Below, piece after piece: positions 14,375 through 26,468 of a DNA stretch of 64,000 nucleotides (positions are counted from its first letter, which is position 1; each line of letters begins with the position of its first letter). The stretch covers positions 23,120,950-23,184,949 of the forward strand of contig NC_134029.1 of the NCBI RefSeq assembly GCF_964204645.1. Reading direction: 5' to 3'. Both the position numbers and the translations under genes were made by a program. This DNA comes from Tubulanus polymorphus (taxonomy: Eukaryota; Animalia; Nemertea). The notes under the pieces were generated by a model. The model did not search any database, was not told where the DNA came from, and was given only the letters and a program-made list of their open reading frames with translations.

Positions 14375-15166
14375 CTATTTCTTCTGCCATCGTTTTCTAG
14401 ACGCTAATATTCTGTCGAGGTCTGGTTTTGATCGGCTGTTGCTCACTGGATCGAGTACTGGAGTTTTATACTGTTTCGTTTGTGGATAAGTTACTTCAGT
14501 TGTTTTAGTTTCTGGTTGTGAATGTACCCGGTGTGGTTGCCACATCGACAGATATGCTGGTGTGTATCGTCTTCTTCTGATTGTTGGACTCTTGCATTTT
14601 GTTGCTGGTATTTGCGGTTTTAATTCTATTACTGGTTGACTGGTGATTTTTCGGCTTTTCACGAATGGTTTGCTGACAATTTTCTCTTTTGGTTTGACGC
14701 CTTCTTCGTCCAGTTCTTTTAACAATCTGTCAACATCATCTAAAATATCATCGTTTTTCTCATCGCTGAAGGCTGTCATTTCTGGCGATTCGAAATCTGC
14801 ATTAGCCAGTTCGACTTCAGGCTTTACATCGATCTAAAATGGATTTTATTTTAGGTTTAAAAGCATAGGATTGAAATACAAGGAATTCGTGAAAGAAAAA
14901 ATTTGAGAAATTTTACCTTCTTCACTTCAGTCTCAGTGATATTTTCATTTTCGTCAAATGTTTTCATTGATTCACATTTTTCGTCAAATGGAACCACTGA
15001 AATATATTGTGCATATTATTCATTTAAGTTTAAGAACTACTGGTAGAAACTATGTTTTAGGTATTGAAGTGATAGTTATTTGGAACTTACCCTTATTAAT
15101 TTTGCGAGTAACGCGTCCTAGTCCCCGCTGCACTGACGGAACCAGTCGACTATGTTTTACACCCAT
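14375..15166 (-). CDS. Three-exon orphan protein (~205 aa as assembled) with an N-terminal MGxxxS myristoylation-like motif
   Basis: Exon 1 MGVKHSRLVPSVQRGLGRVTRKINK (GTAAG donor), exon 2 VVPFDEKCESMKTFDENENITETEVKK and exon 3 IDVKPEVELANADFESPEMTAFSD... join in phase with ORF 14375..14779. No recognisable domain. Confidence 0.65.
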
Positions 15167-16185
15167 TTGAGATGTATATATACGTTCGTATGATCAAATA
15201 ATACGTGAAGAATGCTTTAGAAAAAGCAGCTCGTTGTAAAATGCGTTGAAATAACTCTGAAAATACGTAAGATTCACAATTTTGCTGGAGAGAGCGCGTG
15301 TTGTGACGTGTAAGTTGCATCTACGTATCAACCATCCCTTAGCGACGGACATTGGAGACATCAGCGACTGGCCAAAACTGGTTGCTAGGGTCAGGGTTAG
15401 TCGTCGTGAAAGTGTGGGAACTCTAAAACGGCGTTTATACTCGAGTCTATGCTCTAACCAATTACAGTATTGGACAACACTGTGGTCCCTAAGTTGTGAA
15501 ATCAATAGAATACCGGATAAATACTAGAGAATATGCTATTAGAACAACCCCTGTCCCATCCCAACTTCTTAGTAACATAAATATACAACACTGTATGATC
15601 TTGTTTATAGGTATTTTAGTCGACTGGTTTGAACCAAGCTTCATTAGGATTTTCTTGATGAAAGACAACAAAAACTATTCGAATGTTCACACACTATTTT
15701 CCCACACCGTCCATATGGCTGTGGCGATCGAATGAACACTTGATGTAAGATAAGAATGGTTTTAATTACGTTCCGAATGCTGGAGATTGGTCGGAATCAA
15801 TACCAAAATCCCACTCTTTATCCATCTCCATAGATTAATTCAAAATCAATAAAAATCATTCGAACAATCAGGAACCAGGACTCTTCAAAACGAGGTTATT
15901 ATCGTCCTTTCAGATTTTGTTCAGCAAATTCCACAAGTGCCCATATGTTTAAACTACCTTACACTGAGTAACATGAATCAAACTCACAGATGTTCTAAAA
16001 GAGAAAAATGATCTCGAAGGAAAACGAAATCCGATAATTTTTGCAGCTGCTTCAGCGGCCGAAAGCTCGTTGAAAGATTTTGTCGCAGCAAGAGGTTGGT
16101 GCCATGTTACAATCGTTTTAAAGCAAAAAACACTTCATTTTCATTCTTTATTCATGCTACACACGCACATACACACATCGCGGAA

Positions 16186-19139
16186 ATGGAATTGATAATT
16201 CTTGTGATTACTATTTCCTGTTTTCATTTGGTGGCTTCGATAACTACACCCAATATTGAAGAAATTAACAAATTGGGTAAGTGTTCTGTATCAATAATTG
16301 AATTCAGTCGTTGTCCCATATCCAACCTTTCGACGATTTTGATACGAAACAAACTTATCATTGTTTTTTAATTGAAGACGGAAAGTATGGCTTCATTGAA
16401 ATATCAAATTCGGCAAATATGTTTTACTGGTTTTACGAATCGGAGAATACAAAACCCGATACACCCCTGATATTGTTTGTACCGGTATGTATATAACGAA
16501 TGCGCAGTAAATCTGACCAGGCGTCCGTTGATATTTCAACTATGGGTCCATTCTTCAATTTTGTTTTAGGGCGGGCCAGGAATATCTGGTACGATGTTTG
16601 ACAGTTTCTTACAGACAGGTCCGCAGGATTGGAAATTGAAAAGAAGAAAAAGGAGATGGGTAATACGTCGATATTCATCTAAATCAGGGGCTAGTTGCGC
16701 AGTCGTGACTTAAGTCCAAAAGTTGTCTTAAATCTTAAGACTGGTCTTAAGTTGTTAGATTGGCTATAGAACTAAGTTGGTCTTAGACTGGTCTTAAGTC
16801 TAAGCCATGACAATGCAACCGGCCCCAGTGGATGTGATTCGAATTGGAGAACTTTGGTGTAAATATGCACTTTCTGATATCTTTGCAGACAAAGGAAGCT
16901 CATCTATTGTATATTGATGCACCAGCGAACAGCGGGTTTAGTTATTATAAGAAAGGCAACTATTCTACTAGCAACGCGGATGACATCAGTCAACAGATCT
17001 ACGAGTTCTTTAAGAGTTTTCTGCAAAAGTATCCTACTTATCAGGTAACGGCGAAGAAAAACTGGGAACATTCAATTTTTACCTTTAAATGTACAGGAAT
17101 GAGGTAAAACAATTCTGTTTGAATTGTAGGATGTGCCTATTCATATATACGGCCATTCGTTTGGCGGAACTGTGACGCCACGTTTGGCGAAGAAAATTAT
17201 CGAGGTAAGTAGACGTTTCCTCTTTGTTTAAGTTCACTTATGCATGGAAAATGTGGAAATAACGCCGTTCCGCCATTTGTTTCGCAGGGTTCGACGAATG
17301 GACATTTTCCTCCGATTGATCTGAAAGGAGTCGTACTCTCCGCACCGTTGGTATCTGCCGTAGAAGTTATACAAACCTATCCCGATTACCTTTTCGCGAT
17401 GGTATGTTCGCGAGATCGATTTGAAATCATTTTTCATGACGATTTCATCATTATTCCTATTCGTATTTTTAGAATATGGTAACTAGTAAATTGTTCAGAA
17501 AGATTACCGACAGGGCTGCTGTATACGTTCGCGCCACTGAAGCAACACCGCGGAACAATACCGAAATCGTTCAATCGTTCTATGATATGATTTCCCTATA
17601 TTCTGGAAATATCAATGCGAATGATCTCTTGGACTGTGGAACGTATCCTGGATATTCGAGGGGTGAGAAACATCTTTCTTTAAATCTTGAAATTGGATGA
17701 TTTGGCGTCTCGGATACTGAACCGACCAGAACACCTGCCACTACAGTAACACCTCTGCCGGGGGAGCGAAACTAGAGGTTTGATTTTGAAATCGGAAATC
17801 GGAGTAACTTTGAGTTCGAAGATGGTCGGTCGAATTTAAAGACTCTTATTTCTAACTCAAAGTACATAAATATCAATTTCGGTTCGTGTAAGTACAATCG
17901 TCCATCAAGTTTGAACCAGCGTGACGACTGATGATTGGGGTTAAGTTGCATGATTTGATACATCAGAATCTGGAAAGGTTTAAAATCATATTTCCGATTT
18001 TTTGACATTTTCCACGTGTAAATAATCCGAAAATGTAGTAGTAGTTTTTTTAGTCGATGTTTATACTTAAGTCTCCCTTTAGCCATTTTTTCTACAAAAT
18101 TTTCACGTCTTTTTCAATGTATATATCATTTAATACGAATTCTTCTCAATATTATCCCCAGGGTTAGAAGTACAAAATCTATTGAGGAGTCTGAAATTCA
18201 ACGAAGTAATTGGACATCCAGATAATGAATCTTCTGGTGAGTGTGATGATATTAGTCGGTAGAAATCTGTTATAGTTGTATTATATAATAAAGCATTGAT
18301 TTTCAGTGTATTCCGATATTGTTCGAGATAATCATTTAGGCAACGCTTTATCGACGAATGCAACAAGTCACGGTAAATATGAGAACTATTGAAAGTCTGA
18401 GACCGGTCGCGTCAGCATTTTCAAAAATCTGCAAGTTTGAAATTCATGATAAAAAAAAACCGGACTTTCATTTCAACGCTTTTACTTCAGTTTCATATCT
18501 ACTTTCGTCAACGAATGTGAAAGTGTCCGTGATGACCGCTCAAATGGATTTATTAGGTAATTCTTTAGGTAAGTACTTGGGCACGATGAACTGTTGCTAA
18601 ACAATTATCAAATAAAAACACATCAAAACACAACAAAAAAAAACCGATTATGTATTGTAATTATATATTAATAAGGTACGTACAAATGGATAGACAATCT
18701 TGACTGGTCCGATTTGTCTAAGTTCATGGCAGCTGATATGAAAATTATTGGACCTCATGCAAACCCAATGGCAACCAAGAAATCGTACGGTAGATTTGCG
18801 GTGTATGGAGTTTTGGCAGCTGGCCACGAGGTATTTCAGTTTTTTGCGGATTTGTTAGCACTCTCATCTCTCGTTTTTGGCACTAATTCTGCCGGAGATG
18901 TCGATTTGGCCATTTGCCAAATTCGATGTTCAACAAAAAGTTGTTGGATAATGAAATAATTTGTATAGTCATCGTATTCACAAAGTGCTTCTCTTTCTTT
19001 CTATTTCACGTCCCTCGAATCGAATGAAAACTGCAACTTGAAATACGAGTGATTACCTATAACGAGTGATTACCTATTTCAGATACCGATGTACCAACCG
19101 GAAGCGGCGTTTACCATTATGCAAGAATTTCTCAAGTGA
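16186..19139 (+). CDS. Secreted serine carboxypeptidase (S10, RISC/SCPEP1-like) homolog, divergent, multi-exon
   Basis: Signal peptide MELIILVITISCFHLVAS; NMFYWFYES; PLILFVP|GGPG; LLYIDAPANSGFSY; nucleophile GHSFGG; Asp in AQMDLL; His in AAGHE|IPMYQPEAAF; stop TGA at 19137-19139. Confidence 0.88.
16688..16825. mobile_element. PIF/Harbinger-type MITE in an intron
   Basis: Imperfect TIRs GGGCTAGTTGCGCAGTCGTGACTTA / TAAGCCATGACAATGCAACCGGCCC flanked by a CAG 3-bp duplication. Confidence 0.7.
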
Positions 19140-19174
19140 AATCGATTTATTCCGCTAAAAACATCCAATAAATT

Positions 19175-19304
19175 ACATGTAATATACACATGTGATATAC
19201 ACATGTAATATACACATGTAATATACACATGTAATATACACATGTAATATACACATGTAATATACACATGTAATATACACATGTAATATACACATGTAAT
19301 ATAC
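19175..19304. repeat. 16-bp minisatellite (ACATGTAATATACAC-type, ~8 copies) just 3' of the S10 gene
   Basis: Tandem units visible. Confidence 0.9.
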
Positions 19305-20008
19305 TCTACACGATTTGTCTCATTTTAATATAGTTCGCTTCGTTATTTGATTGAAAAACGTTATCGTGCTCGATGCTTCCATTTATTTCAATCGTTAGGA
19401 AAGCTCTCTCGTATGTTGTATACACGGCTTTCATATTGGAAAGCGCTTGTGCAATTATTTGAAACAAGTCGCATTAGGTTTTTATGACCCCGTTACACGA
19501 TTCGAAAGGATATGAAAATAATAAACGGTATAAAAGTACACCCGGGAACATGCGAAAACGTTACTAAGGTCAACGATATGTCAAAGTCGACTTTTTTCGG
19601 TGCTATCATATAATGCTGGTAGTGTTTTTGGCAAGTGTTTGGATAGAGAAATTAATAGTATGATCAAGTTTCTGAACAGTACACACTATGAATAACTAGT
19701 TCGTTGACATACTTTCTGCCATATCTGTACATTACCACTGATTTTCTGCCTGGGAGTTACGTTTGAATGTAATTTACTGGCCACAATTATTAACACCACT
19801 GCTTTGTACGTTATTAGTTATGCATATATTGTGAATTCGTGTGGCCATTACAAGGAGTCGTTGCTTGGACGCTAATCGGTAAGGAAACGAATTTGTTTGT
19901 TTTTTCACCGTATCTGGATTTAAAAAAGCGAGCTGATTGAAGTCGTTTGAGAGAAAGATATTTCCCATCGAATAATCGGGCAGCAGCGTGCATTGAGCGT
20001 GAGCCAAT

Positions 20009-22571
20009 ATGGAATTAGAAAACGGGAAGGATCAAGCGCTTCTTTGTGAGGATGATCATGAGAATAATCATACCGAAGCGGTACGCAGGACTCCAACCGG
20101 GACAAGTTGTGGTTGGGGTAAATGTAAACCAAGCCTATTACAACGTTGTGGTAATTTACCTGTTTATACAGTGTTTATGGGCCTGTTTTCTATGTCTTAT
20201 GGAGCTATGTTTGCGTATTATCAATCACAATTAACTACAATTCAAAAAGTATACGGATTTAACACCGCAATGTCCGGATGGTTGATCAGTGGCATCGAAC
20301 CTGCATTCTTGATTTCGGTTATGTTTGTCGGATATTACGGTCATTCGGCTCACAGACCTCGTTGGCTCGGAGGGGCCGCACTCTTACTTTCGGCCTGCAG
20401 TCTTGTTCTAGCAATGCCGTATTTCATATTCTGGATTCCCGAAGGAATTAAAGATCTGTCTTCAAATTCATCAGGCAAAGACAATGTATCCGTAATGAGT
20501 GACTTATGCGTACTCGATCCTATAGGAGACAACGCAATCTGTCCAACAGATACTGGTAGCAGCGATTCATCTGGAATCAACTATGTAGCTTTCGCAATTT
20601 TCATAATAACAGTTTTAATCAGCGGGTTTGGGCCGACCACCGTATGGACTTTAGGAGTTACGTATATCGACGACAATGCGGAACAAAAAGCCCCCACGTA
20701 TTTAGGTACGTATAACAAAAGGCAATTACCATGATTCAATTCTAAGATAATGTATGTACGTAGAACATAATATAATTTCAAATTTGTAAATATATGTATA
20801 TCTTTGTGGCAAATTTGAATATCTCCAGCAATTACGACCTTCTTAAGTTAGAATTAGAAGTTAAGTGTTCATCTAATCAAAGGCAAGAAATGAGTTTTCA
20901 CTATTATATATTTGGTTGTTCTACTACAGCACTGATGTTCAGTACTCGAACCCTAGCTCCGGTTATTGGATATTTGCTCGGTGCATATACTGCTTCGATA
21001 CATGTCGACCTGAAAGGTTCGGAAATTGCATAATTTTTACTAATTAATAAAAACTGAATATTTGTTTAAGAAATAATGTAAGTAATAACGAATATAACAT
21101 TTTAATGATTTCTTACTGTATATAAAACATTTCATCAGACACTGGGTCGACTCCGGAAGATACTGATTGGATCGGCTGTTGGTGGCTCGGTTTCGTCATT
21201 TGTGGCATCGCTATTTTCATCAGTTCAATACCGCTGACGCTGTTTCCAAAAACAATGTTAAAAAAGGGACTGAGCAAAGAGGACACGTATGCAATACAGC
21301 ATCTAAAAGAATTGAGACGCAAAAAGGAATCATCTCTAAAAAGTACTTTATTTCACGTAATTATTTTCTTGTAGCTAAATAATTTGATACATTTTTTTGC
21401 CCATGACCCAGTCGATAATGAGAAACAAAGCATCACATTTATAGCCACATGATTTGAATGATTCAATTTCGGCAGATATGGGTAAAGCGATCGTACGACT
21501 GCTGAAGAATTCTGTCTACATGTTCACGACGTTGGGAGGTTTATTTGACTCGATTAGTTTATACGGATTCGTCGCGTTCGTACCGAAATATCTCGAAGTT
21601 CAATTTCACACGACGACCCAAACGGCCAATCTGATCACAGGTATAAAATAATGCTCCGTTTTTCAACAGTAGAATAAAAGATAATTGCGTCCCCTCTTCC
21701 CAAAAATCAGCAGGCGTTGATATTTAGATATATGTTATTTATGTATTTCAGGTTTAAGTATGGCTTTAACTGTTAGTATTTTTCTGGCAGTAAGCGGAGT
21801 ATTGACCACGTATGTCAGGTGTACCTTACGCACGAAAGCGATAGCATCGACTGTATTGACCATCATTGTCGCTATATTATTCGCATGTCTCACGCTCTTG
21901 AAATGCGATCAAACGACGATTGATGGAATCCAATTGAAACAGTAAGAAAAATGTTTAACTTCTTGACGAACGCTGATGCAGTAGAAACAAAGAATTGAGG
22001 AATATACAGTAAACCTAGCCTTCCTCGGACGCGGCCAACTCGGACTTTTGACTGATTCGCACAAAAACGAAATAATTTTTCTGACTTACGTATTTTCCTC
22101 AGACTTATTTTACCTCAGACCAATTTTGCCGGTGCTTGTTTGTCCGAGTTAGGCGAGGTTAACTGTATCACGAATGCCCATCTTATTGATATATAATGCT
22201 CTTTTACTCGTAGGTTTGCCGTAAAGCCTGAAATAACGAATCTAACGAAAAGTTGTAATGAGAATTGTCAGTGTAACACAGCATTCTTTCACCCGACATG
22301 CGTCGATGACGTCACGTACTATTCTCCTTGTTTCGCTGGATGCAGCGAATCAACGGATTCTAACTCGAAGGTAAATAAACTAGAATTTAAAATATTATAA
22401 CAAAATATTATAATCTATTTTCACAATAATAACAATGATATGAACGATATAAATCGAGTTAACATCAAGTGAGGATGCAATCCACAGAGCCCACAGGCTG
22501 TAACAACTTTGGACCGAGCCAAGTGGTGACTGTACCCAAATATTCGTTTATCAAGCAATGAGAGGCATTCA

Positions 22572-22607
<36 letters not shown>

Positions 22608-23795
22608 TTATTTTTCCATTTTGAATTATAATAATCGTACAAAGTAATACAAATACAAAAATTCAAGATGGAGGGAAACATGAAGAAACCTGTTAAGCAT
22701 ATCATTCAGCATATCTTGTATTTGTGTAAAATAGTTTAAATTGCATTCCATTTCGGCTACTCACGTAAAGTTCGAGCATTTTTTTGTTGTAGGTATACAA
22801 TAACTGTTCGTGTAGACAGAACGGGACGGTAGAACCAGGAATCTGTGATTCTCGTTGTAATCAACTTACTCCTTACGTCATCATTCTGGTTCTAATTTGT
22901 ATGGCTGCAGCTCTTCCCGCCATGCCGTGGACTATGATTTCACTTCGGTAAATGTGATGACTCTTTAATCGACAGGAAAACTACTTGAAAGTTTATTGAC
23001 GCCTTAAAAAATAACGCATACATATTCCTTAAAATAGTAAGGAAAGTTATTTTGGAATCGAATATAACGATAATTGAACTGAATTGACCGGCAACCAGTC
23101 TAGTCCGATACATCGATGACGTGTGCACGTGTCCTCTCAAAAATAATTTCGAAAATTTATCAAATATGAAATAAGAGCTCACAACAACTGTAATAGTTAT
23201 TTTGAAACGTCAATATTGATGACGTAGTGCACATCGACTCACACAGAACTCCTGAAATAATAGTTATCGTAACGGTTTTTACGGCGTCAAAAAAGCCTAG
23301 AAATAGAAGACTAATCTATATTCTATTTTTGATAGGTGTGTGCACCCGGATGATAAGTCGATAGCAATGGGATTTGCGTCGTTTGCTGGTTCTCTAGCGT
23401 GTAGGTCACTCGTTTTCAAAGATAACTCATAAGTGCTGATACGATTCTATACAATACGAAATTTCGTCAATTCAATTTCAGTTCTCCCGACGCCGGTTAT
23501 TTACGGGATGGTCATCGATCAAACGTGCGCCATTCAGCGACCCGAACTATCGTGTGGCAGAGATATAAGCGGTTGTCTGGTGTACGACAAGGATGCCTAC
23601 AATCTCCGCTTTCATATGATAGTCGTGGGGCTGCGAGCTCTCGTACCGCTCTGTCAAATTGTGGCGTTGATCAAATTGAAACACGTGCGTCTCTATGCGG
23701 ATGAATACGACGAACAAGATCGACCCAGATCGAATAGTTATGTATCAGCCGATAAACTTGACCAAGAAGACGTACAATACATCAGCAATTTGTAG
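20009..23795 (+). CDS. Organic anion transporting polypeptide (SLCO/OATP), multi-exon
   Basis: CGWGKCKP N-terminal motif, YYG..HRPRWLG, LGVTYIDDN, family signature DWIGCWWLGF, FVPKYLEVQF, Kazal-like loop CNENCQC...YYSPCFAGC, PTPVIYGMVIDQTC, CLVYD. Confidence 0.95.
22007..22165. mobile_element. Tc1/mariner (Tigger-like) MITE in an OATP intron
   Basis: TA-CAGTAAACCTAGCCTTCCTCGGAC ... GTCCGAGTTAGGCGAGGTTAACTG-TA. Confidence 0.8.
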
Positions 23796-24432
23796 ATTTA
23801 AAAAAAAAACATGGAAAAATGGATTCTTTTATGTACTGTATTGATAACCAAATAAATATTGAGGAAGCCCAGAGAAGCCATGAAAAAAGCTAAAAAATTA
23901 TCTTCTGTGCGACGAATTGATGAGCTGGCCTCTCTAAGCTTCCGTGAACTGCAATATGATTTAGATGTGATTTCCCGTACGGGAGGATCATCTGGCTGTG
24001 TATTTCAAAAGAATTTATTTCATTTGCGATCAGGATAGAGCCGATATCTGACAGATATCACGTATATACTAATCCAAAACAAACTCGCGTTTTCTATTTC
24101 AATCTCAGTTAGTTTAGCAGGATTCGAATAGAAATATGTTTAAAACATTTCTTTTATAATTATGATAGATAGACGAAAGCGACGGGCCCACAAGAGACAT
24201 GAATAGTAAAATAGTCAGCAATAGTCAAATAGTCGAGCTTCTAGAGAAAGCAGTAGCCTTACTTAGTTTAGTGGAACAGCACTGCTATATAGAAATCTAT
24301 GACGATATATACACGGTGTCAATTTTCCATCTATTTCTTCTGAATTGAATATTAAAAAACATTCTAGAATTCTGGGCGTTGTTCACCAGATATATGATTT
24401 TTTCCGTCGCACTCTATAGCAATTCAGTAGCG

Positions 24433-25413
24433 ATGATGTTGGACGCATCGCTTATAGAGAAATGCTTGCCTCGAATTAGCGTAGTTTGGAATCTTGTAGC
24501 AGAAACGGTGATAGGACCGATCGCATGGTTTGGCCTCATCACAAACTCAGTAACGTTCGTTGTGCTTTATCGACTACATAAAATGAATGATTCCGCGACT
24601 TCGCATTTCATCTTATTGTTACTGGCGGTTTTTGACATTGTCTGTTGTATCGCGACCATTATTTATAACCATATTACTTGGGTTTTGAAACTTATTCGCT
24701 ATGGAAAGACTGGACTGTATTTAGACATCGGTTTGGGAGCCGCTGAACTTAACATAGCGGGCAATATGATCTTAAAGTGGGGATCCTACATTCGCAACAG
24801 TTTGACCTTACTGGTGACGTTTGATCGAGCATTTCACATTTGTTTTCCGCTTAAAGCTAAGAGATATTGGAGTTTGAAACATTGTTATGTAATTTCAGCC
24901 ATTTGGATCCTCATTTGGTGTGGAGTATCTTCGTATCGTGCACAGAATCGAATTGTTGCATTTGTAAATATGACATGTACATACGGCCTCACTGTACCCA
25001 GTACCAAACAGGTTTATAGTCCTCCCAAATATTCTTATCTGATAGAAAATATTTTCTCTACATATTTGCCATTCGCTCTTATACCACTAATGAATTTGGT
25101 TATGATAATTAAATTACAAATTCACGCAAAAAATAGGAAACAATTGACCGGTGCAGAAACAAGTAAACATAATAAACAAGATGGAGCCGCTCATAGAATG
25201 GTATTTGTCGCATCAGCTATATTCATGGTGTCAGTTTTCCCTAGTATGCTATTCAATTTTTTAGGACTTTATTTTCCATGGTCTATAACCTGGCGGGTGT
25301 TACTTTTGAGTGAAATTTTTCAAGCCCTGAATTCGGCTGTAAACGGCATATTTTATTATGTGTACAGTAGAAACTTTAAGGAACAAATGAAATTTGTGTT
25401 CCGGAAAAATTGA
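24433..25413 (+). CDS. Intronless rhodopsin-class GPCR (FMRFamide-receptor-like/putative chemoreceptor)
   Basis: Seven hydrophobic segments; LAVFD, TFDRAFHICFPL, LPFALIPLMN, NSAVNGIFYY. Start taken at the TAGCG-ATG context shared by the paralogs (the ORF is open from 24379). Confidence 0.9.
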   Translation: MMLDASLIEKCLPRISVVWNLVAETVIGPIAWFGLITNSVTFVVLYRLHKMNDSATSHFILLLLAVFDIVCCIATIIYNHITWVLKLIRYGKTGLYLDIGLGAAELNIAGNMILKWGSYIRNSLTLLVTFDRAFHICFPLKAKRYWSLKHCYVISAIWILIWCGVSSYRAQNRIVAFVNMTCTYGLTVPSTKQVYSPPKYSYLIENIFSTYLPFALIPLMNLVMIIKLQIHAKNRKQLTGAETSKHNKQDGAAHRMVFVASAIFMVSVFPSMLFNFLGLYFPWSITWRVLLLSEIFQALNSAVNGIFYYVYSRNFKEQMKFVFRKN

Positions 25414-26407
25414 TAAATGAAGAGATGACGAAATTTCTGATGTAATTAAACGGAACATGTGTATGAATTTCAGATTCTGGTTTCGATATAGGGATTACAT
25501 TTGGTGACTGATAAGTGCCATAGAAATAATCTAATATCATTCACAGTCTTTGAAATCGGCACCTGATGTCACAACTTGCATTACCGCCTTACACCATAGG
25601 AGTCGGTCGGTCTTCGCGTATAGCACAGATTTGGGCACTTTATTCCATCTGTTTGTCTTATTAATAACATGTTTATTTTGCACTTGCACTAGGTTAATCA
25701 AAACTCATTTATGATTTGTCTCCGTCTCTCTGGAGAGACGAACGGTCGAAGATGCATGATATTGACAATGAAGAAAGGTCAATAAACGAAATTTGAACTA
25801 AGATTATTGTCGTTTTATAACGAAGGCTACAAAAAAAAACGATAATGACGAACAAAAAAATCCTGATCAATGGTAAACTATCTGAAATAGGAAAATAAAT
25901 CTTTATGGCCATAATCGAATGCTTCATTTAGAGTCGAAGTTCTTAGTCGAAAAAATTGTTCTTCTCAGCCATGAGCCAGGATACCCGACGCGTTAACAAC
26001 ATATTTGTTTAGCACTCTTGTGCGAGGTTCATTAAATCTCAATTAATATGGCCGATTCTTTCGTGGTACGCGTAAGATGCATTTGCCCCGTCTCTAAATC
26101 ATCCTATATCTGATGATATATTTAACTGAATTGTCACCTATCGCACGAACCGTGTACCGAGGGGTCAAATACGTAATATCGGCGACACACCCCCGGAAGA
26201 CAGTTCAATAAACTAAATATTTACACATGGCTATAGAGACGTTAGATGTAATATTTACGTATAAATTCTTACTGTACGGTCCACATCCCGAGATATTTAT
26301 TGCTGAACCTGCACTGGCTGGTTTAAATATGGCATTTTATAACGATCTTGCACATTTACTGATTGGTCGCCTTCCCGCTGTTCGGCTTCCGTCTGATCAC
26401 GCGGTCG

Positions 26408-26415
26408 TATAGAAG
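26408..26415 (+). promoter_or_regulatory. TATA-like element upstream of the toxin-like gene
   Basis: TATAGAAG about 60 bp upstream of a CAAAATG start. Confidence 0.3.
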
Positions 26416-26468
26416 GCTCATTTATGCTGCTGCAACGGGGCATCTCACCAGTGAGAAACAAAGACAAA

